The notes: a model not told the origin generated them from the letters alone. Numbered from the stretch's first letter, positions 1 to 11,351 are shown. The stretch is DNA of 64,000 nt from Akkermansiaceae bacterium (GCA_051251915.1 JBPOGF010000011.1:32001-96000); one strand, 5' to 3'. Numbers and translations are program-made.

Positions 1-488
1 CTCGCCAAGAAGGCAAAGAACTTGAACTTACAAAGTATTTCTCAACCTCAATCGCAGAGGAGCAGACTCACCTCCTGACAACCATCATCAAGCGCCATAC
101 CGTCGCTACAGCTTGGGAAAAACCCATCATCAAGTCATTCAACACTAGCTACGATAAGCTACCGCCAAAGTCTCTCCTCATCTTCAATGCCTGCCCTTTG
201 CCAATTGAAGTTCAAGTCCCATCCAAACAGAAAATCGAAAATATCACAATAAAGCCTCTCTCAACATTTAAGACGATTCCAGGCGTGAATACACGAGGAG
301 AAACAGTCGTACTGGCAAAAATCGTCTATCCAGATGGAAAAAAACGACAATTTTATTACAACTCTCTCAACATTGCCCAAGACGGACGCGCTTATTTGTT
401 TGTCTACTGTGACCCTCGAAAAAATGCAACGAACCTAGCTAACACAGTTCAGTTTTATGACACCATTGAACCACCTGTGAAAAAATAA
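1..488 (+). CDS. hypothetical protein, 5'-truncated by the window edge
   Basis: The frame of ORF 198..488 is open back to position 3 (RQEGKELELTKYF...), so the true start lies upstream of the window. Confidence 0.7.
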   Translation, partial: RQEGKELELTKYFSTSIAEEQTHLLTTIIKRHTVATAWEKPIIKSFNTSYDKLPPKSLLIFNACPLPIEVQVPSKQKIENITIKPLSTFKTIPGVNTRGETVVLAKIVYPDGKKRQFYYNSLNIAQDGRAYLFVYCDPRKNATNLANTVQFYDTIEPPVKK

Positions 489-714
489 AGTAGCCGCGCA
501 TCAACCCCATAAGAATAACGCAACCGTGCGATCTGTATCGCCAATAATTTCTCAAAAGCCTTTAGGATCGAAACACCCAAAGGCTTTTTACGTCTAACAG
601 TTGATGGTGAGAATTGAGCACACTCTGCCCAGCCCCATCGCATAAACCTAGCTATATCCCTCCGCTATAAAAAACCGTCCTTCCATAACCTCACTATTTT
701 TCCTACCATAGCCT

Positions 715-1758
715 TTGTCTATGGAACTCTTCTTCAGATCAATCCGCCGCCTACTCCTCATGATCGAATGGATTTTGGGAATAATATGGGGAACATTAAG
801 CAAACTACTCCCCTTCTGGAAAATCAAACCCGTCGTTGAGATCTTCAACGCGGTGAAATTTCCACACAACGGAAAATGCGGCACCTGGATCTACGGTCGC
901 GTGCTTAGCGAGCGCAAGCTGATTCCACCCACCCCAGAAGACTCAAGCTGGATCAATTTCAGACGTATGATTAGCCAGTGGTTCACCCGCGAGGTTCCTA
1001 AGACGGGAGTCACTGTCACGATTGGAAATCAGCAACACCAAGTTAGATCTGATGCTGATGGGTATTTTGAATTACTCGCCTATAATGTCTCCGGAGCCTA
1101 TCAGGTGAGTCTAGATAGTTATGATTATAAAGCTGAATTTGAATCCACAGGCTCACCTGAAATCCCTGAATACGTCATCATCACAGACGTCGATGACACG
1201 CTGTTAGAGACAGGTGCTATCTCACTAGGCAAGATGATCAAAACCACTCTCTTAGGAAACTCACTCACCCGTGACCTCGTCCCAGGAATCTCAGAACTCA
1301 TCAATGAACTACACCATAACGCCAAGCACCCAGTATTCTACGTAACAAGCTCACCGTGGAATCTGCACGGATTCCTAGGCCGTGTCTTTTCACGTGCAAT
1401 GCTCCCAAAAGGCGGCATTTTCATGACCGACTGGGGACTCACCCCCAAACAATGGCTAACCCCAAGCCACGATGCCCACAAGGGCGACGCCATACACAGG
1501 ATCTCCGAATGGTATCAGAATTCCCAGTTCCTACTCTTTGGTGATGACAGCCAGAAAGACCACACCATTTATGCCGACTTCATCCGCAAGAACCCAGATA
1601 AAATCAAAGCCGCATTCATCCGAACAGTTGCCGGTGAAGAAAAAATGGAACTAGTCCAGCAAATGATGGATGCCCTAAATCAAGAAATAGGAAGAGAAGT
1701 GATGTTCGTGATTCACACCGCGGAGGAAATCAAAGAGAAACTAACAACGCTGCCCTAA
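715..1758 (+). CDS. App1-like phosphatidate phosphatase (DUF2183 family, HAD-like); start may be 721 or 760
   Basis: ITDVDDT (DxDxT), FYVTSSPWNL, HK, FLLFGDDSQKD motifs. Confidence 0.8.
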   Translation: MSMELFFRSIRRLLLMIEWILGIIWGTLSKLLPFWKIKPVVEIFNAVKFPHNGKCGTWIYGRVLSERKLIPPTPEDSSWINFRRMISQWFTREVPKTGVTVTIGNQQHQVRSDADGYFELLAYNVSGAYQVSLDSYDYKAEFESTGSPEIPEYVIITDVDDTLLETGAISLGKMIKTTLLGNSLTRDLVPGISELINELHHNAKHPVFYVTSSPWNLHGFLGRVFSRAMLPKGGIFMTDWGLTPKQWLTPSHDAHKGDAIHRISEWYQNSQFLLFGDDSQKDHTIYADFIRKNPDKIKAAFIRTVAGEEKMELVQQMMDALNQEIGREVMFVIHTAEEIKEKLTTLP

Positions 1759-1785
1759 AATCACCCCAGACCACCACGCAACCAA

Positions 1786-2379
1786 CTACCTACCGAGCAT
1801 AGAATTAGTCTGCTGAACTCCTAACTGATTGTACTCATCCCTGCTCATGATGAGAGGCTCTTGCGCAGTTCTATTTCTGCTAATGACATAGCCGTTAGAA
1901 CTAGTCTGAACCTCACTGGATCGAGCTTCATTCGCCCTACCAGTCGCATATTTACCAGCATTGAATTGACTCTGATTAGCAGTCGCATATTGCCCATTAG
2001 CTTGAGCACTCGCATTACGATTCACATAGTGCGGCGAATGCTTAAATTTACTACCATCCATATTTCCGCCATATTGCTTTGAAGCGTAGTCTTTATTTCC
2101 ACCCCAGCGCTCCTTACGATAGCTTTCCTTGTTATAATCTTTGCCAGAAAAATCTCGCGATCCAATATCAGATCGCCGATTATTATACGAACTCACTTTA
2201 TCCGAGCCAGACCGCGCCATCCCATGGTCCCCCTTCTCCATCTCGTAACCATTGTTATATTTATCCAGACCCGAGCGAACCTTCGCCTGCGTCACAGTCT
2301 GCTCACTAGCACAAGATGCAAATGCAAACACCGCTACAGCTAAACCTGACTTGATCACGTTTTGATAAATATTTTTCAT
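1786..2379 (-). CDS. hypothetical low-complexity lipoprotein
   Basis: Lipobox-like FASC after a hydrophobic stretch; S/N/G/Y/K-rich mature part. Confidence 0.7.
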   Translation of the reverse strand: MKNIYQNVIKSGLAVAVFAFASCASEQTVTQAKVRSGLDKYNNGYEMEKGDHGMARSGSDKVSSYNNRRSDIGSRDFSGKDYNKESYRKERWGGNKDYASKQYGGNMDGSKFKHSPHYVNRNASAQANGQYATANQSQFNAGKYATGRANEARSSEVQTSSNGYVISRNRTAQEPLIMSRDEYNQLGVQQTNSMLGR

Positions 2380-2550
2380 ACAGAAATAACTATATCCCTT
2401 GTCCCCAACCCTTCAAGCTAAGAATCTGGAAATTGTAAACCCAGTCTAGACTCACTCCAAAAATTAAGAGAAATGGCACGGCTTCAACCAAAGAAGACGC
2501 GCCATTGTTAAAATTTCCAGATCAGCACGCAGCCAACCTAAACACCCACC

Positions 2551-3681
2551 TTATCGCTCCGCAATCGGAGGAACTGGTGAAGTGGTCGCAGGTCCTACAT
2601 ACTTGGTAAGTGGACGATAAAGCCTGTTATCCTTCAACTGCTCTAACACCTGTGCTGTCCAGCCTGACATTCTCGCTATCGCGAAAATAGGAGTGAAGAG
2701 ATCCGTAGGAATATTCAGAGAATAATATACAGTCGCAGAGTAGAAATCCACATTTGCATTAAGCCCTTTGCGCTCGCGCATGATAGTAGCGATACGCTCA
2801 GACATATTGATCCATTTTGACTCACCTAGCTCCTCAGTAAGTTTGATCGCCATTTTCTGAAGATGTGGAGCACGTGGATCGAGCACCTTATAAACACGGT
2901 GACCAATACCCATGATCTTCTTCTTATTTACGAGACAATCTTCAACAAAAGCATCCACCTTATCTTCGCTACCTATCTCCTTGAGCATCTTGATCACTCC
3001 CTCATTCGCTCCACCGTGAAGTGGCCCCTTGAGTGTGCCAATCGCCGAAGTCATCGATGAGTAAAGATCAGAAAGCGTACCAGTAGTGACACGTGCTGAG
3101 AATGTAGATGCGTTCATCCCATGATCCGCATGGATAATGTAAGCAACGTCCAGAGTCTTCACTGCTGCCTCACACGGCTCCTCACCTGTGATAAGATATA
3201 GGAAATGTGCTGCCTCAGAAAGATCCGTGCGCACCGGAGGTAAATCTAAGCCCTGACGAGCGCGGTGATAATACGCCACAATCACAGGAGTCTGCGCCAC
3301 AATAGAAAGTGCCACTTCATGATTTAATGCCGTATCCGGCTCGCCTACTTCAGCGCGCTTATCAAAGATTCCTAACATAGAAACACCAGTTCTTAGAACA
3401 TCCATAGGAATGGCATCTTTAGGTAGCCCTTTGAGGAAACTCACCACTTGCTCAGGAAGCTCACGATTGCTTCTAAGAGTTGACTCCAGATCGGCTAGTT
3501 CTTCGGCATTTGGCAACTTGCCATTATGAAGTAAGTAAGTCACCTCCTCAAATGAACAATTCTCGACGAGATCATCGATGTCGTAACCGAGATACGATAA
3601 TTTTCCTGCTTGACCCTCTACTTTAGAGAGAGCTGATTCGTTTGCGATGACGCCTTCTAGGCCTTTTGCGTAGTCACTCAT
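2551..3681 (-). CDS. gltA: citrate synthase (short CitZ/PrpC-like type)
   Basis: KGLEGV, HADHGMNASTF, GPLHGGANE, GIGHRVYK, NVDFYS. Confidence 0.93.
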   Translation of the reverse strand: MSDYAKGLEGVIANESALSKVEGQAGKLSYLGYDIDDLVENCSFEEVTYLLHNGKLPNAEELADLESTLRSNRELPEQVVSFLKGLPKDAIPMDVLRTGVSMLGIFDKRAEVGEPDTALNHEVALSIVAQTPVIVAYYHRARQGLDLPPVRTDLSEAAHFLYLITGEEPCEAAVKTLDVAYIIHADHGMNASTFSARVTTGTLSDLYSSMTSAIGTLKGPLHGGANEGVIKMLKEIGSEDKVDAFVEDCLVNKKKIMGIGHRVYKVLDPRAPHLQKMAIKLTEELGESKWINMSERIATIMRERKGLNANVDFYSATVYYSLNIPTDLFTPIFAIARMSGWTAQVLEQLKDNRLYRPLTKYVGPATTSPVPPIAER

Positions 3682-3865
3682 ATTAGTTTTTGATTTGTTG
3701 TTGGTACATTAAAAAAATCTATAAACATTATTAACCCTAAAGAGTGGACATTGACAATGTTCTTCTCAAAGAAAAAACCATATCAACAAAAAGAAGCAAG
3801 AGAATATCACAACTTGACTACTTTCAGAGTTGGCAGATCTCCCCACTATCATGTAAGTAATCCCC

Positions 3866-4552
3866 ATGAGCATCATCTTATCCATCGAAACTAGTATCCC
3901 AGAGGCATCTGTTGCCCTCACGATTGATGGTGAAATGTTCGCTCATCAAGAATTCGAAAGCCACAGACAGCAAAACAAACTCCTATTCCCCGCGCTCGAA
4001 TCTATCCTCACCAAACTACCTAAAAACTCAGCCCCAGACCTCATCCTAGTCGGAACCGGTCCAGGAAGTTATAGCGGATCGCGTATCTCCATCGCCGCCG
4101 CTCAGGGCCTCGCCATAGCATACAGTTGTCCAGTCGTTGGGCTTTGCTCATTCTTAGGGACGAGCACCATGTCAGAACACACCACAGCTTTCGCCATCGG
4201 TGACGCCAGACGAGACACCTACTTCATCGCCGAAGTCCACCAAAACCAAACCGACTTCAAACCCGGAGAACTCCAGCTACTCTCACTCGATGACTTCTGC
4301 GAAAAACTTACCTCTATCGATACCACCAAAACCCCACTTTTCAGCTTTGAGCAAGAACTACCCATGCTCCATGTCGCCGAGTATTTCATCGATAAGTCTC
4401 ACGCCGCACAACTCGCCAAAGCATGGCTAAACCTCACCCCCGAGACACAGCAGCAGCTCCTCCAGTCACCACCCCAGCCAGCCTACCTCAGAGCTCCATT
4501 TATCACCAAGGCTAAGCCAGGACACCCACTCCTAAGGCAAAAGAAACGTTAA
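3866..4552 (+). CDS. tsaB: tRNA t6A biosynthesis protein TsaB
   Basis: ILSIETS, GTGPGSYSGSRI, DARR, terminal PAYLR. Confidence 0.92.
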   Translation: MSIILSIETSIPEASVALTIDGEMFAHQEFESHRQQNKLLFPALESILTKLPKNSAPDLILVGTGPGSYSGSRISIAAAQGLAIAYSCPVVGLCSFLGTSTMSEHTTAFAIGDARRDTYFIAEVHQNQTDFKPGELQLLSLDDFCEKLTSIDTTKTPLFSFEQELPMLHVAEYFIDKSHAAQLAKAWLNLTPETQQQLLQSPPQPAYLRAPFITKAKPGHPLLRQKKR

Positions 4553-4578
4553 TTCAATATACGTAAATATTTAACCAA

Positions 4579-5406
4579 GTGACTAATTCAGAAAACGCTA
4601 AAGACTTCATCGATTTAAAACTAGCCGTCCCAGCTCTCGCGGGTGATGGCTGGAGAAAGTCTGCCCGAAACACCCTAGAAAAACTACTAGGCATCACCAC
4701 CGTCCGCCGGCTAGTAACCGATGCAGCTCAAGCAAAGACCCACGACGTCTTCGGCAGATCCCTAGAAATTCTCGATATCCTAGTAGACTCCAAAGGCGTC
4801 CCAGAAGCCATCCAAGCACTCCCAAAAACCACTGGCGCCATCATCATCGCAAACCACCCATTCGGCGGAGCAGATGCCCTAGCCCTCTGCTCACTCCTCG
4901 CCAAATCACGCCCAAATGACAGTAAAATTCTAGCTAACTCCCTAGTCTACCCTGCCCCTAAATTCCCCAACTACCTCCTCCCCCTCAAGATCCTCGGCGA
5001 GCCAAATGCCGCCCGCCACAACCTCAAAACCCTCAAAACAGCCGCCGAACACGTCAGCAATGGAGGCCTCTTAGGAGTCTTCCCCGCCGGCGGAGTTTCA
5101 CATTACCAGCCAGATAGCGGAGAAATCACAGATGTCGCCTGGTCCGAGCACATCGCCCGCATCGCCCTCAAAGCTCAAGTACCGGTTATACCAGTCAAAT
5201 TTTTCGGCAGAAACCCACTCTGGTATCAATTACTAGGGAAAATTCACAAGCTCCTCAGAGCTGCCATGATTCCTAGAGCTTTACTTATCATGAAACATAA
5301 GACAATAAAGTGTCGCGCAGGAGCAGTGATCCATCACCAGACACTCGCCGAAGCTAAAAACCCTACCGCCTTTCTTCGAGATGCCGTTTACAGCATCACC
5401 GAATAA
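4579..5406 (+). CDS. lysophospholipid acyltransferase (PlsC-like)
   Basis: ANHPFGGAD (HX4D), VFPAGGV. Confidence 0.85.
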   Translation: MTNSENAKDFIDLKLAVPALAGDGWRKSARNTLEKLLGITTVRRLVTDAAQAKTHDVFGRSLEILDILVDSKGVPEAIQALPKTTGAIIIANHPFGGADALALCSLLAKSRPNDSKILANSLVYPAPKFPNYLLPLKILGEPNAARHNLKTLKTAAEHVSNGGLLGVFPAGGVSHYQPDSGEITDVAWSEHIARIALKAQVPVIPVKFFGRNPLWYQLLGKIHKLLRAAMIPRALLIMKHKTIKCRAGAVIHHQTLAEAKNPTAFLRDAVYSITE

Positions 5407-5436
5407 CTCTATCAAACTATCAACTAACAAAATATT

Positions 5437-5889
5437 ATGAGCCTCAACGAACAACTTACCCAAGACATGAAAACCGCCATGAAGGCGAAAGACAAAGTCA
5501 CTCTCAACACCATCCGCACACTCAAATCAGCAGTCAAGAACGCAGCCATCGAGCAAGGCGGAGCCGATATGGTTCTCGACGACGCAGAGATCACCACCGT
5601 CATCCGTAAGCAAATCAAACAACGCCAAGACTCCATCACCCAATACTCAGAAAATGGCAGACCTGAGCTAGCAGAGACCGAACAAAATGAAATCGATGTC
5701 CTCGAAAGATACCTCCCTACTCCACTCACCGAAGAAGAAGTAGCGGCATTCGTAGCCGAAGCCATTGCTGAAACCGGAGCCAGCAGCAGAGCTGACATGG
5801 GTAAAGTCATGGGCATCATGCAGAAGAAAACTGAAGGCAGAACAGATGGCAAAACCATCAGCCAAGCAGTGATGAAAGCACTCAGCTAA
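5437..5889 (+). CDS. GatB/YqeY domain protein
   Basis: DMKTAMKAKDK, KQRQDSITQY, YLP, DMGKVMG. Confidence 0.93.
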   Translation: MSLNEQLTQDMKTAMKAKDKVTLNTIRTLKSAVKNAAIEQGGADMVLDDAEITTVIRKQIKQRQDSITQYSENGRPELAETEQNEIDVLERYLPTPLTEEEVAAFVAEAIAETGASSRADMGKVMGIMQKKTEGRTDGKTISQAVMKALS

Positions 5890-6043
5890 TATTGACACCA
5901 ATATAAGAGCACCGTTTATCAACCCCACATCACCCCAACCTCCTTTAATACACCCGCGGCTTCTTGCTCCAAATCGATAGCCGCCAAAAACTCTAAACAA
6001 CACCCCTCCCAACTATTCACAAATAACGAATACTAATCACCAC

Positions 6044-6784
6044 ATGCGCTGCCTGCTCATCGATAACTCTAACACCCGCACGAAGTTCATGATAGGAACG
6101 GAGCGTGAGCTCCTCCCCTGGATTGCACATGTGAATACCTCAGAAATCTCCACAGAGACAATCACTGAGGTTCTAAAGGAGCAACATTGGGATTCCGTGT
6201 ATCTCTGCTCAGTCGTCCCAGCTAAAGCCCAAATCATAGAATCCACGCTAAAGCACCTCGCAGACAAGCCGTTCCAAAAACTTACCCATAGCTCTGAACT
6301 AGGCATCGGGATTCAATACCCCACGCCCAGCCAGATCGGTGCAGACAGACTAGCCAACGGCATTGCTGCCCACACCCTATATGGCTCACCCTGCATCGTC
6401 ATCGATTTCGGCACCGCGGTCACTTTCGACGTCATCGCCGACGGTAAATACCAAGGCGGAGTCATCGCCCCAGGACTTGGAGCCATGACGGACTATCTAG
6501 CAAATAAAACTGCTCTGCTCCCTAAAATCACCCTTACTGAACCAGAAAGTGCGATCGGAAAATCCACAGAAAAAGCCATGGACATTGGCGCCGTTTACGG
6601 TTACCGCGGTCTGGTTCGTGAAATAATCACCGAACTCTGCAAGGAGCTGAAAGCGAAGCCGACCGTTATCTGCACTGGTGGAGACGGCGAACTCATCACA
6701 AACGGCTTACCAGATCTCATCCATCACTACCACCCTTCAATCACGCTTGAAGGAATCAGACTAGCCGCTATACTTAACTTTTAG
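6044..6784 (+). CDS. coaX: type III pantothenate kinase
   Basis: IDNSNT, SVVP, IGADR, IDFGTAVT, GGVIAPG, TGGD. Confidence 0.93.
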   Translation: MRCLLIDNSNTRTKFMIGTERELLPWIAHVNTSEISTETITEVLKEQHWDSVYLCSVVPAKAQIIESTLKHLADKPFQKLTHSSELGIGIQYPTPSQIGADRLANGIAAHTLYGSPCIVIDFGTAVTFDVIADGKYQGGVIAPGLGAMTDYLANKTALLPKITLTEPESAIGKSTEKAMDIGAVYGYRGLVREIITELCKELKAKPTVICTGGDGELITNGLPDLIHHYHPSITLEGIRLAAILNF

Positions 6785-6796
6785 AAAGACACATAA

Positions 6797-7744
6797 ATGA
6801 AGAACATCAAAAGCATTGGAATCGATTTTGGAGGAACCTCCATCAAATTTGGAGTAGTATCTGGCAAAGAAATAGTCGCCACCAGCTCACCCATCATTCC
6901 CAAGGATTACCCTGTCCCCGCTCAGCTCATCCGCGCAATCGCCGACAAAGTAAACCAACTCAAAAACGAGCACGACAACATCGTAGCCGTGGGTTGTGGC
7001 GTCCCCGGATTTGTAGACTTCCCCACTGGCACCATTCACAACCTCACCAACGTCCCCGGCTGGATAAACATCCCACTGAAACACGAACTTGAAACCCTCA
7101 CAGGACTCCCAGCAGCCATCGAAAATGACGCCAATGCCATGGCCATAGCCGAGTGGAAACTCGGAGCAGCCACTGGATACAATCACGCCATCTGCCTAAC
7201 CCTAGGCACAGGCGTAGGTGGAGGCATCATCTCAAATGGCGCCATCATCCGTGGCGCATCATACGCCGCTGGCGAACTAGGTCAGACCTCTATCCACTAC
7301 GCTGGCAGAAAAGGCGCCTACAATAACCCTGGAGCACTAGAAGCCTACCTCGGAAATAACGAATTCGCAGCAGACACACAAGCCGACTACGAAGCAGCCG
7401 GCATCAACAAAGCCCTCTCAGACTGCACCCCAGCCCACCTCGCAGAAGCAGCAGAAAATGGCTGCCACATCGCTCTCAAAGCATGGGACGGATTCGCTGA
7501 GAAACTTGCAGCAGCACTAGCGTCAACATGCTGGCTTCTCAACCCAGAGATCATAGTCATCGGCGGCGGCGTAGCACAAGCCGGTGAACTCCTCTTCACC
7601 CCACTCAAGAAGCACCTCAACGACCAACTAAGCGGACCATTCAAGGACCATCTCAAAGTCGTCCCTGCCGAGTTCTGTAACAACGCCGGAATCTTCGGCA
7701 CCGCAGCCCTAGCCCTCGAAGAAGTCGGAGACTACACAGCCTAG
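6797..7744 (+). CDS. ROK family sugar kinase (glucokinase-like)
   Basis: GIDFGGT, ENDAN, TLGTGVGGG, AGELG, IGGGV. Confidence 0.9.
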   Translation: MKNIKSIGIDFGGTSIKFGVVSGKEIVATSSPIIPKDYPVPAQLIRAIADKVNQLKNEHDNIVAVGCGVPGFVDFPTGTIHNLTNVPGWINIPLKHELETLTGLPAAIENDANAMAIAEWKLGAATGYNHAICLTLGTGVGGGIISNGAIIRGASYAAGELGQTSIHYAGRKGAYNNPGALEAYLGNNEFAADTQADYEAAGINKALSDCTPAHLAEAAENGCHIALKAWDGFAEKLAAALASTCWLLNPEIIVIGGGVAQAGELLFTPLKKHLNDQLSGPFKDHLKVVPAEFCNNAGIFGTAALALEEVGDYTA

Positions 7745-7749
7745 AAACC

Positions 7750-7773
7750 AAAAAACTCCGTCACTTGACGGAG
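7750..7773 (-). terminator. intrinsic terminator between converging ROK kinase and tadA
   Basis: CTCCGTC-ACTT-GACGGAG stem preceded by an A6 run (U-tract on the minus strand). Confidence 0.6.
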
Positions 7774-7797
7774 CTCAACACCCATTAAGAAGAACGC

Positions 7798-8352
7798 TTA
7801 ATTCTGATCCCTATTCTCTTTCAATTCTTCTAATGCCTCTAAAGCCCTACGTTCTTTACGTTCGGCTTTTTTCTTTTCGCGAGCCTCACGGAAGAACGAT
7901 TGCACCAAACCCAGACATTCATCCAGCATCACTCCAGAGGTAATCTCACATTTATGGTTCAACGGAGGATTTGAGTCTAACAGATTGATCCACCCTCCAG
8001 CCGCTCCGCCTTTAGGATCAGGACAACCAAAAACCACGCGATCAGGTCTACAATGCACAATAGCCCCCGCACACATCGGGCAAGGCTCCTTGGTAACATA
8101 GAGAGTGCACCCCTCAAGCCTCCAGTCACCAATGACCTCTTGAGCCGCCGTCAGAGCCAGCATCTCAGCATGAGCAGTCGCATCCTTCAGCGTCTCCACC
8201 TGGTTCCACCCTCGCGCAATGATCTGCCCATCCTTTACAATCACCGCCCCGATAGGCACCTCAGTAGCTGAATACGCCTTCCGAGCATCACGCAGCGCCT
8301 GCTGCATGAAAAACTCGTCACTGGACATATCGAATGTGAAATCTTCACTCAT
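7798..8352 (-). CDS. tadA: tRNA adenosine(34) deaminase
   Basis: EVPIGAV, HAE, EPCPMC, FF near the C-terminus. Confidence 0.92.
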   Translation of the reverse strand: MSEDFTFDMSSDEFFMQQALRDARKAYSATEVPIGAVIVKDGQIIARGWNQVETLKDATAHAEMLALTAAQEVIGDWRLEGCTLYVTKEPCPMCAGAIVHCRPDRVVFGCPDPKGGAAGGWINLLDSNPPLNHKCEITSGVMLDECLGLVQSFFREAREKKKAERKERRALEALEELKENRDQN

Positions 8353-8387
8353 TAAATCAGACTATCCAGTTGGCCAGAATCCGATAC

Positions 8388-9542
8388 CTAAAAGTCAAAA
8401 AACTTCTTAGCCTTCTCAAAGAATCCTTCCTGCATCGGCGAGTTTTTCTCTCCAATGCTCTCGGTAAATACCGCCAGCTTCTCCTTCTGCTCAGCATTCA
8501 GCTTAGTAGGGACTTCTACCTTTACCTCGACATGTAAATCACCCTTATAACCAGAAGACAGATCCTTGATCCCCTTCCCTCTAAGTCGGAAAACTGTCCC
8601 TCCTTGAGTCCCCGCTGGGATTTTGATAGATGATTTACCTTCCAAAGTAGGAACCTTAAGCTCACCACCTAGTGCCGCAGCTCCAAATGGCATCGGCACC
8701 TCACAGAAAAGATTCTCACCCTCGCGCTCGAACACTTCGTGCTCTTTCACGTGAATAAAGACATAGAGATCACCTGCTGGACCACCACGGTATCCCGCAT
8801 CACCATTTCCAGATGACCTAAGTCGCGTACCACTATCAACTCCCGCAGGAATACGTATCTTGATTCTAGAGGTCTCCTGAGATGTCCCCTGACCATTACA
8901 CTCCTTACAAGGATCCTTGATCACTTCACCCGCACCACGGCACTCTGGGCACGTAGTCTGCTGAACAAAAATTCCAGCCTGCCTAGTCACAGCACCCTGA
9001 CCGCCACATGCAGGACAAGTCTTAGCTCCAGAATCCCCTTTAGCACCCTTACCGTCACAGGCGCCACAAGTAGCTTCTTTCTCGATCTCTAGTTCCTTCT
9101 CAACACCTACAGCAGCCTCTTCAAGCGAGATCTCCAAGTCATAACGCAAGTCACTACCCGGACGCTTAGAAGACCTCTGTCTACCACCTCGGCGACCACC
9201 GCCACCGAAGAAATCTTCAAATCCACCACCGCCACCAAAGGCGCCACCGAATACCTGAGAGAAAATATCTGACGCATCGTGGAAACCACCGCCACCGCCG
9301 CCACCGCCCATACCACCTTCAAAGGCAGCATGTCCGTATCGGTCATAAGCAGCACGCTTGTCCTCATTACTGAGCACTTCATAAGCTTCCCCTATTTCCT
9401 TAAATTTATCCTCCGCCGCAGCATCATCCGGATTCTTATCTGGGTGAAACTTAATCGCTAACTTGCGGTAAGCTTTCTTGATTGCAGATGCATCTGCATC
9501 CCTAGAAACTCCCAATTGTTCATAATAATCTGCCTTTGCCAT
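8388..9542 (-). CDS. dnaJ: chaperone DnaJ
   Basis: J-domain HPD, G/F region, four CxxCxGxG repeats. Confidence 0.97.
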   Translation of the reverse strand: MAKADYYEQLGVSRDADASAIKKAYRKLAIKFHPDKNPDDAAAEDKFKEIGEAYEVLSNEDKRAAYDRYGHAAFEGGMGGGGGGGGFHDASDIFSQVFGGAFGGGGGFEDFFGGGGRRGGRQRSSKRPGSDLRYDLEISLEEAAVGVEKELEIEKEATCGACDGKGAKGDSGAKTCPACGGQGAVTRQAGIFVQQTTCPECRGAGEVIKDPCKECNGQGTSQETSRIKIRIPAGVDSGTRLRSSGNGDAGYRGGPAGDLYVFIHVKEHEVFEREGENLFCEVPMPFGAAALGGELKVPTLEGKSSIKIPAGTQGGTVFRLRGKGIKDLSSGYKGDLHVEVKVEVPTKLNAEQKEKLAVFTESIGEKNSPMQEGFFEKAKKFFDF

Positions 9543-9575
9543 AATGTAATAAAATTCTGTTGTTACTCTGCCCTA

Positions 9576-10274
9576 CTAACCCTCTGTCTCCTCAGCCCCT
9601 GCATCCGCAACGACCTCTTCCGCCTTCTTAGAAACTACCACATTCGCAGGTCTGATAAGTCTGTCACCTAGTAAGTAACCTTTCCGCATCACGCGAATGA
9701 TCTTACCGTCCTCATGCTCATCGCTCTCTTCCTGACTCATCGCATCATGGATATTCGGATCGAAATCACTCCCCACCACAGTCACCGCCTCAGTCACACC
9801 TTGACCAGAGAGGAATCCCTCCAACTGCGCCTGCACCATCTTCATACCCATGAAAATCATTGAACCTGACTCAGCTTCAGCAGCCATCATCCCCATGTTA
9901 AAATTATCAATCACCGGTAGAAGCTCTTCAATCAATCTCTGATTACCAAATTTGATCGCCTCTGCCTTCTCACGTGACATCCTCTTACGGTAGTTCTCAA
10001 GATCTGCCGCAGTGCGCATCGCTGTCTCCTTCCACTTCAGCATGTCGCCTTCGAGCTGAGCCTGTGGGTCCAGATCTATCGTATCTTCTGCCTCAGCAGC
10101 TTCCTCTAGCTCCTTCTCTATCTCTGCATTGATTTCCTCCATAGACTTACCCTCGTCTGTATTCACAGACTCCTCATTCACTACTTCTGGATCAGTGTTC
10201 ATCTCTGTATCTTTTTGAGTATCATTTTGCATGGGCATACCCATAGCTTTCTTCTGCTGATCGTCAACCCTCAT
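9576..10274 (-). CDS. grpE: nucleotide exchange factor GrpE (start may be a later Met)
   Basis: ADLENYRKR, FDPNIHDA, KGYLLGDRLIRPANVVV. Confidence 0.95.
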   Translation of the reverse strand: MRVDDQQKKAMGMPMQNDTQKDTEMNTDPEVVNEESVNTDEGKSMEEINAEIEKELEEAAEAEDTIDLDPQAQLEGDMLKWKETAMRTAADLENYRKRMSREKAEAIKFGNQRLIEELLPVIDNFNMGMMAAEAESGSMIFMGMKMVQAQLEGFLSGQGVTEAVTVVGSDFDPNIHDAMSQEESDEHEDGKIIRVMRKGYLLGDRLIRPANVVVSKKAEEVVADAGAEETEG

Positions 10275-10397
10275 TTTATTGGTATTTATAGAAAATAGTC
10301 CAAATTTAACTTTCTACCACAGAGCCATATTTACAAAATCTCCTTTCACTTGCTGTTTCTTCAATCTCAATGACACACGCCACACCCTAAGCTTCAA

Positions 10398-11264
10398 TCA
10401 GCGAGTAGCCACCCCCATCAACTGCTCCGTCATCCTCAGCGCATCATGATTCCCCCTCACTTCATGCACTCTATGTAGCATACAGCCGCACCTACGTGCC
10501 AGCGTAGTCACCGCCACCGTAGCCGCATCACGCTCCTGAGGACTCTTTATCCCCAGCAGTCTCCCAAACAAAGATTTCCGAGAGACTCCTAACAATACAG
10601 GTCTCCCACCCACACTAATCTCATTAATATTCGCCAGTAAACTCAAATTATGCCCGTCAGACTTCCCAAAACCAATCCCCGGATCAAAACAGACACACTC
10701 CGCATCCACCCCAGCCTCCACCAGCGTCTCTAACCTCTCAGCGAAAAACCCCTGCACCTCACGCCTAACATCCTCATAACTAGGATTATCCTGCATCGTC
10801 TCCGGAGTCCCCTGCATGTGCATAACCACCACCCCAACACCCTCCTCAGCACAAACCCCAATCATTTCAGCATCAGCAGTACAACCAGTAACATCATTCA
10901 CAATATCTGCCCCCGCCTCAATCGCCGCCCTAGCCACCGCCGCCTTAGAAGTATCCACAGAAATGTACACCCCATCAAACTCCCGCCTCTCACGTAACCC
11001 ACGGATCACTGGCACCACCCGTGCCATCTCCTCTTCCACACTCACCACCGCCGCCCCCGGCCGAGTAGACTCACCACCAATATCAATAATAAGCGCCCCA
11101 TCATCACGCATTTCCCCCGCGCGCTTGACCGCCAACTCCATTGTATTACTCTCACCACCATCGGAAAAAGAATCCGGAGTCACATTGAGAATGCCCATCA
11201 CCACAGCCTCAGAGCATAAATCAATCCCCCCACGCTTTTCGTGCCATCTCGTTCTCCATATCAT
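10398..11264 (-). CDS. folP: dihydropteroate synthase
   Basis: MGILNVTPDSFSDGG, GGESTRPG, DPGIGFGK, SRKS, RVH. Confidence 0.96.
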   Translation of the reverse strand: MIWRTRWHEKRGGIDLCSEAVVMGILNVTPDSFSDGGESNTMELAVKRAGEMRDDGALIIDIGGESTRPGAAVVSVEEEMARVVPVIRGLRERREFDGVYISVDTSKAAVARAAIEAGADIVNDVTGCTADAEMIGVCAEEGVGVVVMHMQGTPETMQDNPSYEDVRREVQGFFAERLETLVEAGVDAECVCFDPGIGFGKSDGHNLSLLANINEISVGGRPVLLGVSRKSLFGRLLGIKSPQERDAATVAVTTLARRCGCMLHRVHEVRGNHDALRMTEQLMGVATR

Positions 11265-11351
11265 AGCATGATTAGAACCAAATGGTTCAGAAATTTACAG
11301 AACGAAAACACAAAACTTGATATGCCACACATTCAGTGCAAAACTTCATCC

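Noticed and set aside
8388..10274. grpE-dnaJ without adjacent dnaK or hrcA
   Set aside because: Split chaperone operons are common; no CIRCE-like repeat was seen upstream
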